This document shows, in pieces, positions 26,078 through 32,000 of a stretch of 32,000 nucleotides of DNA; position 1 is the first letter of the stretch, and each line of letters opens with the position of its first letter. A model generated the notes under the pieces. The model was not told the DNA's origin and did not search any database. It saw nothing but the letters and a program-made list of their open reading frames with translations. The position numbers were made by a program, and so were the translations under genes. Origin of the DNA: Flavobacteriales bacterium (GTDB lineage Bacteria; Bacteroidota; Bacteroidia; Flavobacteriales_F; PHOS-HE28). Where the stretch lies: assembly GCA_016704485.1 (NCBI GenBank), contig JADJAA010000002.1, positions 1,289,245 to 1,321,244 on the forward strand, given 5' to 3'.

Positions 26078-27327
26078 TGTTCGATAGCGACCGTTGGAAT
26101 GAAATATGGAACACCATCAGCCGGAATAAGCTGAGGAGTGCGCTTACCATGTTCGGCGTGTCCTGGGGGATCTTCATGCTCATGGTGATGTTGGGCATGG
26201 GCAAAGCGTTGGAGAGGGGTGTACAAAAAGGATTCGATGGGTGGGCCACCAACAGCATGTTCCTATGGACGCAATCCACTAGTATGCCCTATGCAGGATT
26301 CAAGCGCGGTCGCCGATTCAACTTCAACAACAGCGATATAGAAGCGATCAAAGCCAATATCCCAAAAGCCGATATAGTTGCACCCCGCCTGCAGCTTGGT
26401 GGCTGGCAGGGTGCCAATAACGTAACCTACGAAGGCCGCACAGGAGCGTTCAACATATACGGTGATGTTCCGGAGATCATACAGATCCAAGCGGTTGAAA
26501 TGCCCCGTGGCAGATTCATCAATAGCAAGGACAATCACGAGAACAGGAAGGTGTGCGTAGTTGGTCCGGAAGTGGTCAAGGTATTGTTCGAAGGTGATGA
26601 TCCTGTTGGGCATTTCATTAAGATACAAGGCGTGTATTTTCAAGTGATCGGCGAATACAAACCCAAAGCGAGCGGCGACATGGGTGAGAACAAGGATGCC
26701 AATATCCATATCCCCTTCCTCACTTTCCAGAAAGCCTTCAACAGCATGGATGAAGTGCATTGGTTCAGCATAACCGGTAAGCCGGGTGTGGAGGTCTCTG
26801 AGATCGATAAAGAAGCAAAAGCACTGATGGCAAAACGCCACAAAGTGGACCCGAACGACGTGCTGGCCTTCGGAAGTTGGAACATGCAGGAGACCTTTGG
26901 CATGATGAACATGTTATTCGTTGCCATAGCATTCATAAGTTGGCTGGTCGGTACACTAACATTGGTAGCCGGTGTGATCGGTATAAGCAACATCATGCTC
27001 GTGAATGTGAAGGAGCGCACCAAGGAGATAGGTATCCGCAGAAGTATTGGGGCCAGCCCTGCGAATATTCGCACGCAGATCATTCTGGAAGCAGTATCAC
27101 TCACCTTTTTCGCTGGCGTGCTTGGTATGATGGCCGGCACGTTGGTTTTGGAGGGCGTTGTTCTTCTGGATATCCAAAGCGATTTTTTCTCACCACCTGG
27201 TGCTAACATTACCGTTGCAGCAGTGGCTTTATTGATCTTGATCGTATGCGGACTTTTCGCTGGGCTTGTGCCTGCGCAACGCGCACTACAGATCAAAGCC
27301 GTGGATGCCCTAAGAACAGATAAGTAA
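26077..27327 (+). CDS. ABC transporter permease, FtsX/MacB family (permease 2).
   Basis: This is a paralog of permease 1 (MFDSDRWNEIWNTISRNKLRS against MFDRDKWQEIFDTMSKNKLRT, and KERTKEIGIRRSIGASP). ATG 26077 overlaps the upstream stop by 1 nt (TGATG). The track start at 26074 is a GTG. Confidence 0.9.
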   Translation: MFDSDRWNEIWNTISRNKLRSALTMFGVSWGIFMLMVMLGMGKALERGVQKGFDGWATNSMFLWTQSTSMPYAGFKRGRRFNFNNSDIEAIKANIPKADIVAPRLQLGGWQGANNVTYEGRTGAFNIYGDVPEIIQIQAVEMPRGRFINSKDNHENRKVCVVGPEVVKVLFEGDDPVGHFIKIQGVYFQVIGEYKPKASGDMGENKDANIHIPFLTFQKAFNSMDEVHWFSITGKPGVEVSEIDKEAKALMAKRHKVDPNDVLAFGSWNMQETFGMMNMLFVAIAFISWLVGTLTLVAGVIGISNIMLVNVKERTKEIGIRRSIGASPANIRTQIILEAVSLTFFAGVLGMMAGTLVLEGVVLLDIQSDFFSPPGANITVAAVALLILIVCGLFAGLVPAQRALQIKAVDALRTDK

Positions 27328-27338
27328 GAAGTTGACAC

Positions 27339-28451
27339 ATGAAACGAAAGATCTTTTTGATATTCCTCGCACTATCGTTCATCGGCATGATGGGCTGGTT
27401 GATCAGTAAGGAAATGACACCACCGGAAGTGTATGAGATCGTGAAGCCGGAGAAACGCACGATCCAGAAAAAAACCGTAGCCAATGGCAGTGTTGTTCCA
27501 CGGTTCGAGATCATGATAAAACCCACCGTAAGCGGTATCATTACGGAATTAATGGTAGAAGCTGGGGATGTTGTGAAGAAAGGCGATGTGCTGGCCAAGA
27601 TCCAGATCGTACCGGACATGATCTCGCTCAGCTCATCCGAAAGTCGCGTGCGGCAAGCCCGGATCAGCGTTGAGAATGCGCAGCTAAATTTCGATCGCAA
27701 CAAACCGTTGTTCGACAAAGGCGTTATCGCACAAGCAGAAATGGACCAGTTCCGTCTGGCACTGAACAATGCGCAGGAAGATCAACGTGGCGCGGAAGAC
27801 AATCTGAGCGTGGTGCGTGAAGGCATTAGCAAAAGCAGTGGCAGCAGCAGCAACACATTGGTGCGAAGTACCATTGATGGAATGGTATTGGATGTGCCCG
27901 TGGAAAAAGGCAACAGTGTGATCGAACGGAACAACTTCAACGAAGGCACCACGATCGCATCGGTAGCTGATATGAAGGACTTGATATTCGAGGGCAATCT
28001 GGATGAAAGTGAAGTAGGCAAGGTGCGTTTGGGTATGCCGATCGTGTTGACCATTGGTGCGATCGATGATGCGAAGTGGGATGCCGAGGTGGAATACATC
28101 GCCCCGAAAGGAGTGGAAGAAGAAGGCGCGATCCAATTCAAGATCAAAGCCGCTGTGAAACTGCATGAAGGCCAAACGCTGCGAGCAGGATATAGTGCCA
28201 ATGCCGATATCGTGCTTCAAGAGCGCGACAGCGTGCTGAGCATTCCAGAGTCGGTGATCGACTTCAACGAGGAAGGCGACAGTGCATTCGTAGAAGTTAA
28301 AGCAGGCGAAGGCTGGAGCCGTACCTATGTAAAGACAGGCTTAAGTGACGGCATCCACATTGAAGTACTTGATGGTGTAACGGACAGCACCGAATTGAAA
28401 GGGGCGGTGATCATGAAAGAGGAAGAGAAGGAGAAGAAAGATGGGCATTGA
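27339..28451 (+). CDS. Periplasmic adaptor (HlyD/MacA membrane-fusion family).
   Basis: The 370-aa ORF has an N-terminal TM, a lipoyl-like GDVVKKGDVLAKI segment, a coiled-coil region and a beta-barrel C-terminus. Confidence 0.9.
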   Translation: MKRKIFLIFLALSFIGMMGWLISKEMTPPEVYEIVKPEKRTIQKKTVANGSVVPRFEIMIKPTVSGIITELMVEAGDVVKKGDVLAKIQIVPDMISLSSSESRVRQARISVENAQLNFDRNKPLFDKGVIAQAEMDQFRLALNNAQEDQRGAEDNLSVVREGISKSSGSSSNTLVRSTIDGMVLDVPVEKGNSVIERNNFNEGTTIASVADMKDLIFEGNLDESEVGKVRLGMPIVLTIGAIDDAKWDAEVEYIAPKGVEEEGAIQFKIKAAVKLHEGQTLRAGYSANADIVLQERDSVLSIPESVIDFNEEGDSAFVEVKAGEGWSRTYVKTGLSDGIHIEVLDGVTDSTELKGAVIMKEEEKEKKDGH

Positions 28452-28486
28452 TCTTTATCTTTTTGTATTCCGGCATCTTGGCTCAG

Positions 28487-28645
28487 CCCGAAGACCTACA
28501 TTGCAATAGGACTTCGAGCGGAGTCGAGAAGCCCTAGTGCCCGAAGACCTACATTGCAATAGGTCGCCGAGCGGAGTCGAAAAGCCCTAGTGCCCGAAGA
28601 CCTACATTGCAATAGGTCGCCGAGCGGAGTCGAGGTGCCCTATTG
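28487..28645 (+). repeat. Three head-to-tail copies of a 53-bp intergenic repeat.
   Basis: The units are 28487-28539, 28540-28592 and 28593-28645. The unit sequence is cccgaagacctacattgcaatagg(tcgcc/acttc)gagcggagtcga(a/g)aagccctagtg. Each unit holds the 8-bp palindrome attgcaat. In each unit gcaatagg can pair with downstream cctaNtgc, perfectly (cctattgc) in unit 3 and with one mismatch in units 1 and 2. Confidence 0.9.
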
Positions 28646-28701
28646 CGCCCTTGGCAACCTATTCGACATGGATCACGTCTCTTTCCCGACCCCTGAACAT
28701 A

Positions 28702-31236
28702 ATGTCCATACTCAAAGCCACTTTTGCCTCCTGCATCCTTTCAATTCTTTCATTACACCAAGCGGTTGCACAATTCGTTGTGCCTGATGCAGCTTTGGTA
28801 ACGAAACTCCAATTCTTCGTGCCTGCCGCCATGAACGGCAACGTGTTGGATACCACCCATGCGGATGTACTGAACCTAGCTGTTCTACCGATCTGCTGCG
28901 CGGGCATTACGGACCTTAGCGGTGTGGAATACTTCACGGGCCTTGTTGAGCTAAGGGCCAACAACAACGCCATAACGACGTTGAACGAGTTACCACCGAA
29001 TTTGGAGATATTGAACTTACGCATCAATAACCTCACCAGCCTACCCACCTTGCCGAACACTTTGGAAGACCTGGACTGCTCGGTGAACGTAATTACCGGC
29101 CTCCCCGATCTACCCCAAAGCTTGATCGAACTTGATTGTACTTCCAACCAGATCAACAGTCTACCTGCATTGCCTTCTACGCTTGACGCTTTGTATTGTG
29201 GTATCAATCCATTGTTCCAACTGCCTACACTTCCCCCCGCACTTCGCCGCTTAGGATGTGTTGCTACATCACTCACCGCATTGCCTACACTTCCTCCGAT
29301 GATTTGGACAATAGATTGCTCAGGTAATCAGTTATCCGTATTTCCTGCGATCCCAGCTTCATTGCAATACCTCAGCTGCTCGCAGAACAACCTTTCGGTA
29401 CTTCCCACGTTGCCCACTGGCATGGAATCTTTGGATTGTAGATCGAACCCTTCGTTGGTACTCCCATCACTCCCACCGGCACTTAATGTTTTCTGGTGTG
29501 ATGCGATCAACATCAACACGCTGCCTCCGCTTCCCAACACGATCATAAGTCTATCCTGTGGCGACCTCAACCTCACTGCGTTGCCAACATTACCTGATTC
29601 ATTGCAATATTTCAACTGCGCGAATAACCAACTCACCACACTCCCAACTCTACCAAATAGCCTGGATCGTTTCCATTGTGATAATAATGCACTTGGTTCT
29701 TTACCAGCACTGCCAAGTAGTTTAACATGGTTTACCTGTTCCAACAATACATTGGCCTGCTTACCCACGTTGCCCAACGGATTGGCTAACCTAAATACCA
29801 CAGGCAACAACTTGAACTGCCTACCGAACATTCCACTAGCGTATGATCCTGTGTTGAGTGAGCTTGGTTTTCCGCTCGTGGTCTGTGATGTGGTTACCGG
29901 TCCGTGCGCTATTCTGCAGGAAGCAATAACAGGCACGGTCTTTAATGATGAGAATGGTAACGGCTCATTGGATGCTGGCGAAGCACCTTTTTTGAACGCC
30001 ACAGTAGAAGCCACTCCGGGAAACTACCTGACCGCACCGGACGCGAATGGCAACTACGTATTGCCTATGGATGTGGGCACCTTCACGCTGGATGGCCAGG
30101 ATGTTCTTTATCACACACGCACAACTGCCGCTACCACCATAACCCTTGCAGCCTTGCAGATCGACTCGTTGAACGATATCGGCTACCAAGCCATACCGGG
30201 CGTACATGATCTGGTCGTTCAATTTCACACCGCACAGGCGCGACCTGGTTTTAGCAACAACCTTTACTTGAACGTTAAGAACATCGGAACCGAGTCCACC
30301 ACGGCAGACGTTACCCTAACATTCGATGCCGACCAGAATTGGGGTACAAGCACCGTAGCCCCAGCTACACTCAACGCTACGGATGCAAGTTGGTCCTTAA
30401 TGATGATGCCCGGCGATGAGTGGGATGCCATTGTAACGCTCAACACTCCTGTAGGAACAGCATTGGGAACTCCTTTGGATCACCTGTTCAGCGCGCTGCC
30501 TGCTGCTGCGGATACAACACCAGCGGACAATTCCGTTGCTTTTGCCGGAATGGTCGTAGGTTCATTTGACCCGAATGATAAGACCGCATCACCTGCTACG
30601 TTAACGCCGGAACAAGTTCAGAACGGCGCATACATCGAGTACACCATACGCTTCCAGAATACCGGTAACTACCCCGCCGAGCGTGTAGTGATCACCGATA
30701 CGTTGAGCAGTGACCTCCAATGGCACACCATGGAATACGTGAGCGGATCGCACACCAATACATGGTACATGAATGAAGGGCTATTGGTCTTTGTTTTTGA
30801 TCCGATCTTCCTACCGGATAGCGTGTCCGATGAACCTAATAGCCATGGCTTCGTAACGTTCAAAGTAAAACCGGAAAGCAACTTACAGGATGGAGCTCAG
30901 ATCGAGAACATCGCAAACATCTACTTCGATTTCAACGAGCCAGTGATCACAGAACCTTGCGTTTTCTCTGTGGATGTAAATACGGGAATAGCAACTACGG
31001 AAACGGATGGCTTCAGCATCTACCCGAATCCGGCAAGCCAAGAAGTGAATGTGTTCCTTGATGAACCGAACGCAATGTTCACGCTACATGCGTTGGATGG
31101 AAGGTTGCTACAAAGCGAAGGTATTTCCAGCGACCGCACCACGTTGGATATCAGTGGACTTGTAGCGGGCATGTATCTGATCAACATTACGAAGATGAAT
31201 GGCGAACGGGTAGCACATCGTTTCGTGAAGAATTAG
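28702..31236 (+). CDS. Leucine-rich-repeat surface protein with a T9SS C-terminal sorting domain.
   Basis: ATG 28702 gives the signal peptide MSILKATFASCILSILSLHQAVAQ. The track start at 28651 is a TTG. There are 14 uninterrupted 20-residue LPxLPxxLxxLxCxxNxLxx units. These are followed by Cna-B/SdrD-like (ITGTVFNDENGNGSLDAGE) and DUF11-like segments and the GSFDPNDK motif. The tail is YPNPASQEVNVFL...GMYLINITKMNGERVAHRFVKN. Confidence 0.9.
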   Translation: MSILKATFASCILSILSLHQAVAQFVVPDAALVTKLQFFVPAAMNGNVLDTTHADVLNLAVLPICCAGITDLSGVEYFTGLVELRANNNAITTLNELPPNLEILNLRINNLTSLPTLPNTLEDLDCSVNVITGLPDLPQSLIELDCTSNQINSLPALPSTLDALYCGINPLFQLPTLPPALRRLGCVATSLTALPTLPPMIWTIDCSGNQLSVFPAIPASLQYLSCSQNNLSVLPTLPTGMESLDCRSNPSLVLPSLPPALNVFWCDAININTLPPLPNTIISLSCGDLNLTALPTLPDSLQYFNCANNQLTTLPTLPNSLDRFHCDNNALGSLPALPSSLTWFTCSNNTLACLPTLPNGLANLNTTGNNLNCLPNIPLAYDPVLSELGFPLVVCDVVTGPCAILQEAITGTVFNDENGNGSLDAGEAPFLNATVEATPGNYLTAPDANGNYVLPMDVGTFTLDGQDVLYHTRTTAATTITLAALQIDSLNDIGYQAIPGVHDLVVQFHTAQARPGFSNNLYLNVKNIGTESTTADVTLTFDADQNWGTSTVAPATLNATDASWSLMMMPGDEWDAIVTLNTPVGTALGTPLDHLFSALPAAADTTPADNSVAFAGMVVGSFDPNDKTASPATLTPEQVQNGAYIEYTIRFQNTGNYPAERVVITDTLSSDLQWHTMEYVSGSHTNTWYMNEGLLVFVFDPIFLPDSVSDEPNSHGFVTFKVKPESNLQDGAQIENIANIYFDFNEPVITEPCVFSVDVNTGIATTETDGFSIYPNPASQEVNVFLDEPNAMFTLHALDGRLLQSEGISSDRTTLDISGLVAGMYLINITKMNGERVAHRFVKN
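28981..29835 (+). repeat. Array of 14 exact-length 60-nt (20-aa) LRR units plus a partial fifteenth.
   Basis: Starting at LNELPPNLEILNLRINNLTS (28981), every unit is exactly 20 residues with no indel up to LPNIP (29821-29835). Thirteen of the 14 units begin with the LP/FP motif. Twelve of the 14 units have Cys at unit position 13. Confidence 0.85.
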
Positions 31237-31351
31237 TGGGCTGGTTCAGTAGTGGGAACGCTCGACTCCGATCGAAAACCTCTGTAGTTGTAGATGATCG
31301 AATAGCGGGATCGTATTAGATTGCGATCTAAGTCAAAATCACCATTCTCCC

Positions 31352-32000
31352 ATGGAAACGTTGAAACAGTTAGCGACAGTGCTACTTGTCTCCCTCGCAT
31401 TCGGCAGTTATGCGCAGATCGATTCTCTGACCACCGAATTGCGACGGGCGAAGCAGGACACGAACAAGGTCAAAATCCTGAACCTGCTAAGCGAGAAAGC
31501 GGGCTGGCGAGTAGGAAAGCACGACACCGCTATCATACTTGCAAATGAAGCCAGCACATTGGCCAAAAGGTTGGGATTTGAGCAAGGAATTGCGCAAGCG
31601 CATAGCCATATAGGCTTGGCCTACATGCAGCTTGGATCGCTGGATAGCGCCATGGCTGAACACGAGGCTGCGTTGCGTATTCGGCAACGATTGGACGATA
31701 AAGCTGGCATTGCTAATTCCTATGGGAACATAGGTCACGTTCACAAGAATCGAGGTGAACTTGAAGAGTCGATCCGGTATTATCTGCTTGCAGTGGCAAT
31801 GGATAAGGCGGCAGGAAAGATGAGTTCGATGGCCAACTGGTACAATCATATGGGTGCAGTTCAGTTAACCCTAGGAGATTTCCCGAAGGCCATGGAAACT
31901 AACTTGATGGCACTGCGGATCCAGGAAACTGAAGGTGATAGCTCCGGTATGACCTATTCGTACAACAACATCGCGATCATCCATCTTAAGCAGAAAGCCT
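31352..32000 (+). CDS. TPR-repeat protein with a signal peptide, 3'-truncated by the right edge. It is probably a second TPR sensor kinase.
   Basis: Hand translation from ATG 31352 gives METLKQLATVLLVSLAFGSYAQIDSLTTELRRAKQDTNKVKILNLLSEKAGW...AQAHSHIGLAYMQLGSLDSAMAEHEAALRIRQRLDDKAGIANSYGNIGHV... The frame stays open to position 32000. It is missing from the track because it has no stop in the window. The N-terminal organisation parallels the kinase at 5239. Confidence 0.8.
   Translation, partial: METLKQLATVLLVSLAFGSYAQIDSLTTELRRAKQDTNKVKILNLLSEKAGWRVGKHDTAIILANEASTLAKRLGFEQGIAQAHSHIGLAYMQLGSLDSAMAEHEAALRIRQRLDDKAGIANSYGNIGHVHKNRGELEESIRYYLLAVAMDKAAGKMSSMANWYNHMGAVQLTLGDFPKAMETNLMALRIQETEGDSSGMTYSYNNIAIIHLKQKA

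Noticed and set aside
25402-27338. Long minus-strand ORFs (274, 192 and 232 aa).
   Set aside because: They are antisense to the two FtsX permease genes. Their products are low-complexity (P/S/A/T/I-rich), as is typical of the reverse strand of membrane-protein genes.
28487-28645. Possible CRISPR array.
   Set aside because: The 53-bp units abut directly with no unique spacers, and no cas genes are nearby. This is a plain tandem repeat.
28590-28787. A 65-aa plus-strand ORF that starts inside the tandem repeat.
   Set aside because: It is read out of the repeat units and out of frame with the LRR gene, and it has no coding signature.
28659-30228. Minus-strand ORFs of 205, 228 and 87 aa.
   Set aside because: They are antisense to the LRR gene. 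Their periodic sequence simply mirrors the 60-nt LRR units.
31261-31274. A possible inverted partial copy of the 53-bp repeat downstream of the LRR gene (ctcgactccgatcg against the reverse complement ttcgactccgctcg), which would bracket the gene like a mobile cassette.
   Set aside because: Only a 9-nt exact core (tcgactccg) matches, and flanking identity is about 60%. A given 9-mer is expected about 0.2 times by chance in 64 kb of two-strand sequence, so this is not significant without further copies.
1-32000. Search for tRNA, rRNA and other classical RNA genes, and for transposase, integrase or phage genes.
   Set aside because: I could recognise nothing with those hallmarks in any intergenic gap or ORF. 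A covariance-model scan would be needed to exclude small RNAs.

Overview
The window looks like a chromosomal segment of a Bacteroidota-type genome. Supporting signs are two proteins ending in Por/T9SS-type C-terminal sorting domains, TPR-containing LytS-type sensor kinases, a GbsR/MarR-type regulator, and tightly packed operons with ATGA or TGATG stop/start overlaps. About 50% GC is an eyeball estimate, not a count. All family names come from motif recognition by eye, because no database search was possible.

Layout:
- 1-4453 (-): a giant secreted repeat protein that runs off the left edge. It is absent from the ORF track because it has no stop codon in the window.
- 4454-5238: a degraded leader region with a small lipoprotein-like ORF and a frameshifted gene remnant.
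- 5239-8000 (+): a TPR sensor kinase and a LytTR response regulator.
- 8095-11973 (+): five tightly packed lipoprotein, secreted and T9SS genes.
- 11974-12579: a roughly 600-bp gene-poor gap.
- 12580-12987 (+): a small conserved hypothetical gene.
- 13036-16210 (-): two tandem-domain universal stress proteins and an acetyl-CoA hydrolase/transferase.
- 16411-17579 (+): a TerB-like protein, a small ORF and a minimal nucleotidyltransferase.
- 17624-19459 (-): recQ.
- 19674-32000 (all +): a third USP, a GbsR-type regulator with two paralogous small membrane proteins, a TIGR01777-like epimerase, a DUF805-like protein and a secreted hypothetical. These are followed by a MacB-type ABC exporter (ATPase, two FtsX permeases, HlyD adaptor) and a 3 x 53-bp tandem repeat. 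The run ends with a 20-residue-LRR protein carrying a T9SS tail and a second TPR protein that runs off the right edge.

I recognise no rRNA, tRNA, CRISPR array, transposase or integrase.

I cannot point to one clear-cut novel system. The most promising unexplained items are:
- the two-component system with its TCGGACCG repeats and the five-gene surface cluster;
- the regulator plus twin membrane-protein unit that shares a TTTCA-N8-TGAAA operator-like motif;
- the 53-bp tandem repeat upstream of the LRR surface protein;
- a 66-nt element duplicated 7.8 kb apart;
- a strong window-wide GATC/CGATCG excess.
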